Assembly: GCA_002633005.1 (NCBI GenBank) | Contig: NMRA01000535.1 | Span: forward strand, 1 to 40,316 | Source: Phoronis australis | Lineage: Eukaryota; Animalia; Phoronida | DNA length: 40,316 nt | Reading direction: 5' to 3' | Shown: one piece after another, positions 22,678 through 35,655 of the stretch | How positions within the stretch are numbered: the stretch's first letter is position 1 | Layout of the letters: the number at the start of each line of letters is the position of its first letter | Notes under the pieces: model-generated | Databases searched by the model: none | What the model was told of the DNA's origin: nothing | Seen by the model: only the letters and a program-made list of their open reading frames with translations | Made by a program: the position numbers and the translations under genes

Positions 22678-24344
22678 AAGTCTGTCATGAATGGGCGGGA
22701 AAGGCCATCGCTCACTAGACGGATGATTTCTGGCGACAATTTACCCTCGAAATGGTTATTTTCCAACAAAATCCGTGCGAAAAGTGCCCTTTACCGTGAC
22801 CTCTACTCGTGAGTCGCAGCGCCGGCGTAGTTTTTGTACAAAGATTATCTCAAAACCAAAAGCAAAACACTGAAGTGTATAAATTTCAATTTTATAAAAG
22901 AAAGCAATACGAGGCGAGTGTGTACACCGGGCAACAGTAGCTTCTGATCGAACTGGACCCCGGCCCGGGACAGAATTCGGCACACCGCTCATCAGGGACC
23001 GGTGCTTGTGTCATTATTTTAAAATGGTACCTTTGTCAAATATCCCTTTGTGCAAAATTTGCAGATTTTCCCTCACTCTGTTTTAACAAAACCCCGGCGA
23101 ACGTAAATTCAACTACGGGTTACGCTGTACTCCCTTTTACATAACGGGTATGTCTTTATGAACTGAATGGGCTGCACTTGTTACTTGACTCAGGGTGGTG
23201 GTAAAACACGTAATTTTATTTCTCAGCCACGTGTTGATAAATTATTTTGAAATCACACAATGATTAAAAACCTTATACTCCAAATCCGTGCCCGGTAGGG
23301 TTTTTATTTGAAACTACTTTTCGCCCTACTAAGCTGCCTGAAATCATGACTCATTGTGTATTTGCCAAATCTCAAAACCTTAGAACAAAAACGGTAAGCC
23401 ATAATGGCTAATGGTTTTGGTGGCTTTAACTTGACCATAAGAAGTTTTTGAAAGCAACTACACAGTCTTTTGGAAAATCATGAATTAAAGGCAAAGTGGG
23501 TTACTTGAAAAATCAAAAAGAAAATATGTATATTGAAATGTTTTCTTTACTTTACTCAAGTTTTGAGTCACGTCTAACATACTGTGTATTTATACATTTT
23601 AATGGAGAACATGGAAGAACGATCGGCATTTCTAGCATCCTTAAAGGGGTTGGTGTGATAAACGCTTGTGGTTAGTTAACCGTTGGAATTGTTTTTGAGA
23701 AACACCTCGTCTATTGCTCAACTGCTACCCGCACGCTCATCACCATTTTGTACTCTCGACGGATAGCTCAGTCCTCGACGGCCGCATTTGCACGCGTCGC
23801 AACTTCTACCGGTGAGCTAGCAGTTGTGAAGTTATGCATGTATTCACCAAGCTATAAGGACACGTTTTTGCCATTATATCTCTTCGCTTTGAAACCTATT
23901 GGGGACGGTAGTGATAACCATCACCAAGGTTGGATATTGTAGATCAAAGACATTCGCGAAACACTGGCGGTGAGAAACCTTCGCTAAAAAAATGGAAACA
24001 AAAAACTCTGTCCCATAACTCAACATTCCAATGTTAGCGAACACCCACCTCAGTGGCCGCCATTTCGCTGCGGTACGCTAGATTGTAGTGGCCTGCCTTC
24101 CACACCCCGAAAGGCTCGTCTTTCAGTTATGCGATTTTGCGTCGTCTTTAACGATTGTTTTGACGGGCTTCTCGCTATCTACGGACCGCAGCCACCCCAG
24201 ATATTCTAATACGCTAATTTGCTCGGCAACTTCCATGAAGATAAACGTTCTCAACGTGAACTTGGAGTTCGGGAGAGGTCATAAAAATTATTTGTGTGTA
24301 TGTGGTCCTTCATGATCTACTCGGATAAATCACGTGACTTAGAA

Positions 24345-24775
24345 TTAATTATAGTAAACGTGACATTCCGCAATAGGTGTAAGTGAGTTTGTTGCCATTG
24401 CGGGTGACGACAGCAAAGTTCCTGAAGTGGTCAGTGATTTGTCGTCGAGCGTCGTGCTCGAACGACCGTCCTTCTCACTGACGGTTTCACTTTGAAAATT
24501 CTTCTCTTGCACTAGTTCCTCATCAACACTGTCATCGTCCACGGGCACGTGATTTCCGTGTGGCAAAATTGCGCCTCCACACCTGTCGTATTGCGTGAGA
24601 GATTTGTTGGTATGTGGCAGCGCATGTTGCTCCAAGATTTCCTGGTACTGTTTCAGCATCAACTTTTTATACTTTTGCCAGCGCCAGATGATGATAACGA
24701 TAACCACGATGGTCCCTACGAGAATGAGCGCCACCATCACCAACAACAGGATGTCGCTCTCCTGTCGCCTTGTTT
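24345..24775 (-). CDS. Last coding exon of a TSP1-repeat single-pass membrane protein (TM helix plus cytoplasmic tail)
   Basis: Acceptor TTATATTTTATATAG (phase 1); (E)TRRQESD-ILLLVMVALILVGTIVVIVIIIW-RWQKYKK is a TM helix with basic stop-transfer residues; ~110-aa tail to TAA. Confidence 0.85.
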
Positions 24776-27026
24776 CTATATAAAATATAATGACAAGTTA
24801 TCACTTCAGTGTTGAATTAGTTTAATATATAAAACTGTTCTTAAGTAAAGTTGCTTTGTTTTTCACAAGGGATTCTCCAAAAGAAGTTCTGACGAGTTAT
24901 TAGCTGAACAAAGAGTCAAATTATTAGTTCATGGGAACAAAGTCACGGACAACTGCAATACCAGCTGCATGTAGCGAAGCTATCAAAGAACCTCGCTAGA
25001 AACGGATTGGGAGTGTTCTTTGGCGAAACGGAGGGGGGAATCGAGTCAGTGGTAGCACTGTCATCCAAATAGGAAGGATACGAGTCGTGAAAGTTCATGT
25101 TGGAATAATTTGATTAATCTCGTAGATTTGTAGTCTTCGACTGTTTTCCGACTTGTCGTCTTTTCTAAGGTTCTATTTTTGTCAATAGGATCGAGTTTAA
25201 ATCTGGTTGTTGTGCATGTAGGTGTATCCTGGTAGGTATTGAAAGGTCGGCTAAAGTTTTTAACAGAGTTTGCTTGTCTTAAATTTTGTGAATATAACTA
25301 TATCCTTCTGTACTTTGCCACGAAGAACTGAATTCAGACTGTAATCTTTTACTTGCGACTTACATCTAAACGTGTGGATACCCACCGTGTTTTCATTTTT
25401 GTCTCATGTTGAAAACATTCCATTTCAAAGAACTGGAACTCGTTCCACGATGCAAGTTCACAAATTGAATTCTGAAGGTAGACATTTTTCGAGAACTATC
25501 GACCAGTCGACTATGGCTGCAGTCACCCGATGGTTAGAATAGCTTGTAACGGACATAGAAACAAGTAACAATTTTATGTGAAACGGGCCCCAACATTCAT
25601 TGATTTAACTGAATGATTTGAACAAGTTTTCACTGAAAGTGGGTTGTAAGACACAAAAAAACGGCCAACGTCGAAGTGAGCGATGTTTAATATGCGCTTG
25701 TTATGCGAGTGTAGCAAAAAGGTTAATATACCAAATGTCCTTGTCTGCCTACAACCACGCGTGTTGTTGACAGGCAGCTGCAACACAAAAAACTGGCGCC
25801 TCATGAGACACATACTAGAATGTCCAGTCTCAGTCTTTATTTATACTTTCTTCGGACTAACGAACATTCACCAAATTGCAATTTTAATAGAAATGGAAAG
25901 TGCATGTTTATGTAGTCTGAAAGGCCGACAGTCAGCTTTTTACGGACTATTGCCCCTTTAAACTAACGACCTAGACCCGGTATCAGTAAAATGATCGTGA
26001 CTGTCCTTTCACAGTGGCAAAATATTTTCTATTTGCCCACCTAGGCCTCCCCTTTTTACTTAGACATCACGGTTTGATCAGTTGTCACCACCATTATTTC
26101 AGACGGTTTAACATCGTAGGAACAATGATATGTATTTCAGCTTCAACCTGTTTAAAACACGTTACTATGTCGCCACTGTTTTAAACTCTTGGCTCCCCCA
26201 AACTCAAAGAGGAGCTTTTGCTGTTGCATTGGCAATATCTGTCAACCTGCCCGCAAATTTATGCGAGATTGTACTTCCTTCCACCGAAGTGTCTTTAAGA
26301 AATTGCCATTCGTAACTAAGGTGGTAAACAGAACCCGTCGGCATCAGAAACTTTGGTCTTGTCTTTTGTGTGGAGCATTAGCTATGACTCCAAGAAAATA
26401 AAACACAGGCTGAAATAAATCAAACTATCGTAGACTAAAACGGATGTTTTTTTTTATCAAATTGGCTTCCAAAATCGAACTCTCCGTGAAAAATGTTATT
26501 AACGTTTGTTTCTGAAGAAATGCGATAAATATTAGCCGAAAAACGATCCCATTGGTTCTGTTGTGCTTACAGGGTACCAAGGGAAGTGTGACTGTTTACT
26601 GTAATGCTGGACACACAATTGGGTGCGACCTGTGAGCGCGGACAACAAAAGATTGCAAGAACGCCTTAACAATAAAAACGTGTTACCTGATCCTGGAAAC
26701 TCCTTTCGTCTGGAGTTGAAACTGTACGGAGTACATTTTTTGACTATACCAAGAAACTACAGTGGAAAGCACATACGGACACAACTATAAATTCGAGCTG
26801 GCACATTTGATAGAATTCCATTCATACAATCCGAGAAAGAAGGCGTTATATGTATGAACCGTTTTTCCTCCGTGCAAACTCATGAAATATGACTTCGCTT
26901 TCGTAAAAAGTAACAATGGTACATTTCTTGCATGTGCATTTGACGTAAATTGTAACAATTACAAGTTGTTACATTTTAGGAGAGGCTTACCAATGTAAAA
27001 TGTAATAATGACATAAAATGTAACAG

Positions 27027-29253
27027 CAGTGGCGGATCTACGGGGGGGAGTTCAGGGGGTTTAACCCCCCCCCCTCGGGCCAGGACCCAAAAATTAAAAA
27101 AAAAACAAAAAACAAAAGCGTCTCCAGCAAAACAAAAACGGCACCGCCAGCGTGTGTAAACCCCAAGTAAACCAACTTGGAAAAAATTGAGAGGGGGGGG
27201 TTCACTCTGAAAATATAGTTTTTTGCATTGTGAATTGCTGAGTCTTTGTGGCTCATCGGCAAAACGCGCGGGGATTTATTGTGCGCGCGCTTCCGTCGAC
27301 ACTACTGAAGTAGCCAAGCAGTTTAGATGGATTCACCGCTGAAAGAGCAGTTCTATAGCTGATTTCTTTAGGTAACTAGCTTCTTTACTCAAAGATATGT
27401 TTTGATTTGATTAGGGGAAATACTGCGGTGCGCAACCCTGATATTCAGGCGAATTGACGTGCAACGTTTTTACCTCATCTGTTATGCCGTGTCATTCTAT
27501 TACACTCCACACGTTTGTTACTGATGTATAGTAAAAGTTGTCTTGCGCAATATCACGCAGTGTACATGCACATGTACATGTAATATTGTGTACATGTACA
27601 TGTAATATTTTTTTAAAAAATTCTTTTTCCGAAGAATTGCTATTGTGGCGGGCGCCATGGTCTGGTCGCGAGTCCGTTTGAAGACACGCTCTATAACAAG
27701 TTATGTCTATACAAGGAATGACCAAGGGGCACTCACATTGAGAAAGTGACCGCATTCGCGAAAAGTGTACAGTAACAGAAATTGCGGGGAGGCTGTTCTT
27801 TCACAACAAAGTCTTGCGGGACTCGTGCGATGTTAAATAGGCCTCCTAAGGAGCCCTAGTTCCGACCTTAACACCTACCGTCTGTCTACCTGCAATAAGC
27901 ACACTGCCGCCTTCTATACTGGGAATTTCCGCAGAAAGGCTCACCCGATGAAACGCTCATGCCCATGGGCATTTATTTGATATTAGTACTTCGGGTTTCA
28001 AGCGTTCAGACATTGGGACGTTTATTTCGAAAATTGCCGAGATGCAAATAGGTCCTGGGATGCTTCGTCAAGGTTTGAAGTAGTCCATGATGAACGGATC
28101 AAATCTAGTTGCGCATGTAAGTCTTTCGAATGGACTTGGCAACCTCAATGGTCTTAGTGTCAACTGAGCTGCGAAACGAGATGCTGACATTGTAGAGGCT
28201 TACAAGCTCATTGATACAGCAGTTGACGAAGTGCAAGCGTTGGGAACAAACATCGAAGATATGTGGGTAGAATGGTTCCAAGACGAGCAAATCATTGGAT
28301 CCGATGTACAAATTCCTCGGCAGTCTAGACAACAGAAGGATAGGACTAACGTATGAGTAACCACTGGGGATTAAAATTTTAGAGAGAAGTTTTCAATTCA
28401 AAATTTTTTGCATAGTACACTTTAGGTCTCGCGACGGACCAGGCCAGCTTGATTTGTGTAGATGTTGAGTTTCAGTGTACTTCTGGTCCCTCTGCAAACT
28501 AGTCCAGTGTATCTTTTCACCACTGTGCACAGGATGTTTTGGTTTCGTGAAACTGTTTTCAGATGATTTGTTTCCTGATAGATTTGACGTTTTTCAATTG
28601 TTGTCAACGTGATTCAGCTTAATAAAGTGATACCTAATTATTTATTGTCGCTTTTAATAATAGACTATGAGTTGAGAGCACCATCGTTCGCCAGTTTTTC
28701 TCGTAACGAGACAGAACACATGTTTATTTCCGGACTAACAGTACAGGTCTTCATTCTTAAACAACTTGAGGCTGCTGTTACGCGATCATCTGATATTCAA
28801 GTTTTTACGCCCCGTCGGTGCTCCTTAATTATGCTCTTGAATATTTGGAAATTGTCTAAACCCCTGTATACACACCACACTTTTTCGTATACGACTTTTC
28901 GTATGCTAAAAAAGGTGTGTGTAAGCAGATGTTCCAACAAAAATTTTTGCTGGTGGCGTGACTCATACCCAGATGTGCACAATATGGTTTCACGAAACTT
29001 ATGTGCCAAGTTCATGTGACGAAATCGAGAACGGTTTTTAATTATCTTAAGAAAAACTCCAGAGACATGTTAAGTGCCAGAAACTTACCAGGATGCATGG
29101 AAATTTCACTATTTGGCTACAAAAACAAAAAAATATCTTACACGGGAGGGGAAACCCCCCTCCCGACCTCCCCCCGCTCGGTGCCACGCGCCAAGGATTC
29201 GACCTTGGCGGGAATCCTAAACCCCCCTTGCTGAAAACGTAGATCCGCCACTG
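27027..29253 (+). mobile_element. Internally deleted hAT transposon with 5-bp TSD (hAT5-like)
   Basis: Perfect 16-bp TIRs CAGTGGCGGATCTACG / CGTAGATCCGCCACTG; AACAG at 27022-27026 and 29254-29258; transposase remnant inside. Confidence 0.9.
28087..28356 (+). pseudogene. hAT transposase remnant (THAP12/PRKRIR-ZMYM1-like helical region)
   Basis: Frame +1: MMNGSNLVAHVSLSNGLGNLNGLSVN*AAKRDADIVEAYKLIDTAVDEVQALGTNIEDMWVEWFQD...IPRQSRQQKDRTNV*, matching LS..LQ...DI..AY..I...PR...RQ..R.N. Missed by the ORF track. Confidence 0.78.
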
Positions 29254-29583
29254 AACAGTTGTTACATTTTATGAAATTGTTACATTTTACGGCGTATCTG
29301 CGGTACACACCTGTGAGCTGCTCATTCAACACAGGTTTTTTGTGACTGATCAATAGTGATTCCAAAATCTTTAGCCGAAATGTGTCATTCAACATAGCGA
29401 ATGATGGTATTGTCTATTATTTCTCGCGAGAAAGAAAACACAGTGTGTCCAATGTAACGCTGCTCACGAGAATGAGAACGAAGACATCCATATGACATGT
29501 GAATAGGTAAACAACATATCATTTGACCACTGGTCGCGACTGGGGTTACCAATCCTAAATTGCCGTTGGCCACTATATATATT

Positions 29584-29628
29584 ACACACACGCACACGCA
29601 CGCACACGCACGCACGCACGCACGCACA

Positions 29629-29668
<40 letters not shown>
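29584..29668. repeat. (CA)n/(CACG)n microsatellite
   Basis: Directly visible. Confidence 0.98.
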
Positions 29669-30335
29669 TTGTATAATGAATAAAGAATTCGTGAATTGAA
29701 CCGGACCCGTCTCCCGCTCAAGCACCAAAACCTCGAGCCAAAGCAGACCCGCTCCGAGATTTCATCAGGTAGACACGGGTTTCTAGGTTTCTGTGCAACA
29801 ATTTTACACGTTTTTGATAGACAACTCATAGTATGCAAAGGCAATTTAGCATTGGTAACCCAGGTTTGTTCTTCTCTTTCCGTGTACGCTCTGTTAAATT
29901 CTGTCAAATTCATAACCTGCCAATGTCAACTGATTGATAATTGAAGTTTCTTCACCGGTAAGTAGACTCATTTTCCATGCCCAAACCGTATACTGAACTC
30001 ATAGGAATCCAGTAAAAGCACACGATTTCATATACGAATTATATTTTCACGCTGTTCATCAATCAGTACTCGGCGTTTATTTTTAACCTGTTTTTTGAAA
30101 AAGAAATGCATTTTGTTGCCCCTTAACTCACTTTTCATGCAACCGTGGCTGTTGGTTTACACTCTACCACTTCCTGCTTCCTGTTGGCAAGGCAAGTTTT
30201 GTCTGGTATCTCTCAGACTCCCACCCTCCCTCACTCGCTCCCTCTCTCTCCGCCTGTCCCCCTCCCCCATCCGCTTCCCCCTCTTTCTCTCGCGCTTTTT
30301 CAGCACGTACATTGAATTTCTGTTTTGCAACTCAC

Positions 30336-30518
30336 CTTCCTTGTCCGCCTTGTTTTGCATTGGTGCTGCGTGATCTTCGCACGTGACTGTTTGTTCGAAT
30401 TTGCCTGGACAGTGAGACGTCGCGTTTACTGCGAAACACTCACGTGATCTTGCTTTGACCAGGTGTTCACCAATCTTCGTCCCCACACACCGGCTCCAGA
30501 GTACCCATCTACCCCAGC
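30336..30518 (-). CDS. Internal exon encoding a thrombospondin type-1 repeat
   Basis: Acceptor TACTTTTCCAG, donor G|GTGAGT, 183 bp, phase 1-1: GWGRWVLWSRCVGTKIGEHLVKARSRECFAVNATSHCPGKFEQTVTCED... (WxxWxxWSxC, RxRxC, CxG...QxxxC). Confidence 0.88.
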
Positions 30519-30850
30519 CTGGAAAAGTACGCAGACACAGTGGTTGTTCTAAAACTGCAAAATTCATAACGGCAATAGCGACGAAACTAGAATTCATTGT
30601 GCCGAAGCACGACGTTTTGCTTTACTGGTTATAAAGCATCTTCAGTAAGCACAGGTAAAAACTATCCACATGGCGGAACAAGCAACAACTAGGCATACGC
30701 TCAGATCAGATAATTCGACGATTTCCTCCTCTATGTATCCAATCTATAAGTTTTACCAGGCACTTGCCCTTAATTCGTTTGTGCCAAACACATACCGGCC
30801 GTTATATGCCACTAGATGGCATTTGCTCACTTTTGGCGGCAATGAGGTTA

Positions 30851-31422
30851 CTCGCTGGTTCCACCCTGGATGTCGCTATCTAGGTGGTAGAACACACGCA
30901 GGTATCACTTAATTTTCCTCGGGATTTTTTACACTGGCGTTTCTGATTGCCAGGTCGAATTTTCAACAGGTAGCGCTTTACGCAAACAAACTGGCGTGAC
31001 TGATGGAGAAAGTGTAAATGTGTGTACAGACAAACCCAGCGGTGTAGTGTTCAAGAAATTTGAATCCCAGAAAATTGTGGTTTCGCCTTTTCCGGAGTGC
31101 ATTTTCTACTTAGTACTGGCGCTGACTTTTGTTTACGTTGCTGTCCTGTATTTACACAGCATTAATAACACACCGGTTAAATCGGCCAGATGTGAGTTTA
31201 TTGTACGTGCTTCAAGCACGCGGCTATTAGGCTAAACATTATTTATTGCAGAAACGAAATACTGAGTTGCTGTTACGTCACTAAAAATCGTTCATAGTCC
31301 GCTATTTTCTTTCTTTGTTGTAAAGCAAACCAAGGACTGCCGAGGTTACGTCAACCATTAATAAAGCGCGTGCTACTGAATCATTGATACCTGCGTGTTA
31401 CTACACCCAGGGAACCAGCGAG
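30851..31422 (+). mobile_element. Third copy of the CTCG...CGAG MITE
   Basis: CTCGCTGGTTCC...GGAACCAGCGAG termini; interior colinear with 22031-22623. Confidence 0.85.
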
Positions 31423-32126
31423 GTTATTATAATTATTGCTCTGTGATTACTGGGATATCCCGCCTCTAGGGGCTCTAACAATCGGAAACATCCATTTTTA
31501 AAAGTGATTTTGTGGATTGTGGGGGATGGGTTCTTCCGGATAAAAAGTGTTGCAGCTCTTTCGGAAAAATGATATAGCCGACCATAGCGCTTCAGCAGTG
31601 GACTTTCCAAGTGCTGTAAGAGTTTGTCTTCGTTCGTATGAGATTAGAAAACTCCGCAGGTAATTTGTTGTTACATTAGTTTTTTTTTCATCATGTATGA
31701 TAGAATAAAAACAATGACTGCTTTAATCAAGAATCGGTTGTACAATGCAGGTTACGGGCCCTCAATAAGTCTAAAGCGTTTTAAGCGTCATTTTAGGACT
31801 TACATGCCAATTGAGAAAATGATTACATCTTGGCTAATTTTCTGTATACATTTGTCACGTGACAGCGTATGCACAACAATTCCCACGGGGCCTTTTTTGG
31901 CCCTTTTCCCGAGCTCTTTCGGCTGAGCTGGCTTTCGGAAATCCCCGGTAAACGTTTAGTGCCAAAAACAAGTTGTTTCGCACTCAATTAATTTCCTTAA
32001 TTCGTCAGTCATGTCACCATAGCGTTCGATTTGAAACCTCGGCTTCGATGAGAAATTCGCTACCCCACATCAAGACTATGGAATTCCAAATCTTTTAGTT
32101 TACGGGTTTCACACATTAGTGCGTTA

Positions 32127-33270
32127 CATAGGCGGATTTAGGGGGGGGCAGGGGGCCCGGGCCCCCCCCCTTGGCTGGCGCAAAAAAAATAAAACAGCAA
32201 GAGCGTAGGGAAACGTCAAGTTTATTAATTTGCCCCGGTAATTAAAATTATGCGGATGAAAAAAGATTTAAATGTGTGCAGTTTTAGTGTTGGGGGGGGG
32301 NNNNNNNNNNNNNNNNNNNNNNNNNNNNNNNNNNNNNNNNNNNNNNNNNNNNNNNNNNNNNNNNNNNNNNNNNNNNNNNNNNNNNNNNNNNNNNNNNNNN
32401 NNNNNNNNNNNNNNNNNNNNNNNNNNNNNNNNNNNNNNNNNNNNNNNNNNNNNNNNNNNNNNNNNNNNNNNNNNNNNNNNNNNNNNNNNNNNNNNNNNNN
32501 NNNNNNNNNNNNNNNNNNNNNNNNNNNNNNNNNNNNNNNNNNNNNNNNNGCAGTGGCGCTGCGCACTACGACTCCGTTTCCGTCGTCTGCTCCACTGTGC
32601 AATGGAGAAAATTTACTTCATTTTTTAAAGAAAATGGAACCTGAGTGACGATGAAAAAACAGAAGCTGCTGGTAAGATGTGAATTTTAATCGAAGCCTTA
32701 GTGAATCACTCAGAAACTCATTAATTCTCTCTTTGTCAAACCTTAACTTAAGACCATTTCCAAAGCAATCCCGTCATTATTGCCAACATGAAAAACGGAT
32801 TTAGTCTTTTGGGCATTTGAAGACTATTTTAAATACAACAAATTTGTTAAGAACCGATTGCACAAAATATAAAACCTGTAATAAGCATAACAAAAAGAAG
32901 TAGGTTTCGCGCGCAAACGCTGTGGACCACAAACAAGTAGGTCTCTTAGTATATGTTTCTTAGTGAAGTTGTGGTGGTGTAGCTGCATAGCACGCGCGTC
33001 CAGGCAGCCAGGTCGTGAGTTCGAATCTGTGAAAGTCGCGATTTTCCTGTTTTTGTTTTCCTTTTTGTTCTTGGATAATACATCAGAAATCAAGGAAAAT
33101 GCTTGATTTTTAGAGGAAAAAACAGAAAAATTTCCTGGGCGGGGGATTTGCCCCCCTCCCGACCTCCCCCCATTCGGTGCTATGCGCATCTACAATCGTG
33201 GTTTGCGCAAATGCTTACAGCCGGACAAGATGTTGGGCCCCCCCCTTGTGATATCCTAGATCCGCCACTG
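32127..33270. mobile_element. hAT-like element with 5-bp TSD (longer relative of copies A/B), spans an assembly gap
   Basis: CATAGGCGGATTTAGG...CCTAGATCCGCCACTG; CGTTA at 32122-32126 and 33271-33275. Confidence 0.82.
32301..32549. other. Assembly gap (run of N)
   Basis: 249 N following a G homopolymer. Confidence 1.
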
Positions 33271-34940
33271 CGTTAACCTATGGAAGTCCAAACCTGTCAG
33301 GGCGTTAATCTTGACCTGCATGTAATGAATCACGTGTTAATTCGCTTTTTGTGCGTAGGATGTCGCTTATATAGCCTTGAGTGTTATGGTAGTTTGCAAT
33401 GCTTCGATTCTAAACTTTTAACTTTAAGACTGAGGCTATGATACGCTTCACATGCTTCATTGTTTTGTATATATCCCAGTAGTAGCCCAAATTAGCCATT
33501 GAATTCAAAATTGGCCAAATCCACGTTAGTCGGTAAATTAACATACACATGTATCGTAACTGACTATAAACTCTTGAGTAGGCCTACATCCCTGTTAGTT
33601 GAACGTTGATCAGTGCATCACTCCTATGATTGCAGGCCCGTACTAGCCAGCATTGCGCGGGGGGGTTCGAATTTCTAGAACAGTGAACCTTAGTGATATT
33701 TTGCAAACGTCGATACTGTAGAGTTCTCGGTAAGGCACTTGAAGCAGCTTAATTAGGGGACTCTCATCTCTACGTTCCTGAGATAAGACGAAATTTTGTA
33801 TTACCAGAAATCACGATGCAGTAACGGTTGCTTGCAAAGAACGCAGCTCAAATTCGGATGTAATGTGGTCCAGAAAGTATTGCGGGCCTTACCGTTGAAT
33901 GTGTCGCGCGTAATTACGACCGATAGTTCGCTCGTATTTTACGACCGAAATCGTTATATCGAATGAGAAATTGGTTTGTGAGCTCTGAAGCATTTGTGCG
34001 CTCCATGACAGCCTTTTCCTGTTCAGTGACTTTACCAGTCGTAGGCCGATCTGAGCATGTGATAAGATCTAGCTTCTTTGTTAACTGCCAAGCACACTTT
34101 TTTGTCTGTTACGACAACAAGCAGGCCAATTATCTAGCAGGCTTATTACAAACCACGCGTGAACACAGTCAAACTCAGAGTGAATTGGTGTATTCGGAAA
34201 GAATAGAATGTCGTAACTTCGGTTGCAGTTGGGCGATTTTGGCGATTCAAAAACTAAACATGATCACCATTTGACGAAGATTTCAGAAATGCTATTGGTT
34301 TATGTTCACATATGTTATAACTTAACTTTTATTTTCAACAGCAAGACCAGTCAGGGTAGATACCATCTATTGGAGATTAGAGCAATTATCGAACAAAAGA
34401 GAGCTGGCCCTGCAACCCTAACTGCCAGAATGGAGTTTTATCTTACACGACTGATTAAAATCAGTCGTGTAAGACATTGGCTACAGGGGTAAACTTCCCA
34501 ACTTGTTGTTGGGCTATAGAATCGACCAAGTTGGGAGCAACGGAAAAACGCCGTAATGGTAACTTAACACTTACATTTTTCGCTAGCAGGCCTAGTTTTA
34601 CGTTCGTAATTTTACGTACGCATTTTCGCTCGTAATTTTACCATCGTAATTTCACGCTCATATTTTTCACATGTTATAAAGTATTCAGAAAGTAGAATCT
34701 CAAATGCAAAGTATCATGAAAAGTGCAAAAGGTTGAAAATATTAAAGACGGGCTGAAATGTTTTTACTTGCTGTCCTAACCATCCCAGGTACTTGAAAGT
34801 TGTCCGTTTTAGTACATATTGATGTGCCAAAATGTATATCCAGCAGGTTGTCTGACAATGTTTTTATTTGATTTGTTAAAATAAGCATGTTTTTTGTTTA
34901 TTTAGGCAAAGTGTCATTCTTTTACTCTTAGCAATAGGAG

Positions 34941-35200
34941 GAGCCAGTATGGCCTAGTGTGATAAATGTTCGTTTTCTTTACCCGAAGTCGTGGGTTCGA
35001 GTCCCACTGGTTTCACACTTCGAAACCCTTGAGTCAGGTTTCTAGCTCCTCAGCTGGGTTTTAACTATTTATCCCATACGCGTTGAATCTGTCGGGGGAA
35101 ATACGGCCACTAGTTTTCCTTATTCACCTCCCGCACTACTTCAACAGTGACCTCTGACATGAAAAGTTCAAAAGGTAGGTCAATGACGACTCGACGTCGT
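34941..35200 (+). mobile_element. tRNA-derived SINE (head 34941-35014)
   Basis: A-box TGGCCTAGTGTG, B-box GGGTTCGAGTCCC, acceptor-like stem GAGCCAG/CTGGTTT; anticodon arm poorly paired; followed by a non-tRNA body (CCCTTGAGTCAGG). The 3' end is approximate. Confidence 0.65.
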
Positions 35201-35655
35201 TAGCCGGTTCGATTACCAAACTTTCGGAAAATAGTTTAAAGTAATACAATTATAGCAGTGTAAATAACGCTCAACATACAATCAGGTCTCAATCGTAACA
35301 TCTGGAACAGGACTGTTAATTATTTGACAGTTCTGTCTCAGTTTCCATTTGCTAAATATTTTATCGTCTGCAACTCAAGCGCTGATTCCTCGGTAACTAC
35401 AATTGTTATTTGACTATTTTCAGGAGATGTTACAAGTTCAATGAAAAGTCACCCTTGTTTTCATCTTTGTTATCTCTATTCAAGAAATAAATCGTCATAT
35501 TTAAAACTGTTTCGTTTACTAGAGAACACTTGCAGCCTAACGCGCAAGTACATACATATAGGATGTGATCCCCCACGTGAACAGTCCGAGTGAAGTATTT
35601 AAAAATCTGCGGAAAAGCGAAAGAATCTTAGGAATTCGAAGCGTATGGCGTAAAT

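Larger units (their letters stand above)
26895..29297. mobile_element. Degenerate foldback-type MITE built from AAATGTAACA/TGTTACATTT repeats, split by the hAT insertion
   Basis: Motif clusters at 26895-27026 and 29254-29297; removing 27027-29258 restores the hairpin CATAAAATGTAACA-GT-TGTTACATTTTATG. Confidence 0.55.

Noticed and set aside
25364-25471. Minus-strand 108-bp AG..GT open segment
   Set aside because: Only the phase 0-0 frame is open, which is incompatible with the phase-1 flanking exons; no recognisable motif.
26687-26756. Possible extra exon FLGIVKKCTPYSFNSRRKEFPGS of the TSP1 gene
   Set aside because: It starts in phase 0 while the upstream donor is phase 1, has no motif support, and is not needed to keep frame.
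27027-29253. Transib/ProtoRAG identity suggested by the 5-bp TSD
   Set aside because: Termini are CAG, not CAC heptamer-like, and the internal peptide is hAT-like.
28609-29913. Longer ORF-track calls (136, 94 and 149 aa)
   Set aside because: They lie in transposon interior or run through the CA microsatellite; no motifs.
30519-30597. N-terminus of ORF 30157-30597 as a signal peptide for a single-exon TSP1 protein
   Set aside because: A strong TTTTCCAG acceptor precedes the TSP1 motif and an in-phase upstream exon exists; the ORF's 3' part reads through a GTGAGT donor into low-complexity intron.
32225-32648. ORFs spanning the N run
   Set aside because: Artefacts of the assembly gap.
34941-35014. 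Functional tRNA gene
   Set aside because: The anticodon arm is poorly paired, no T-run terminator follows directly, and it continues into a SINE-like body.
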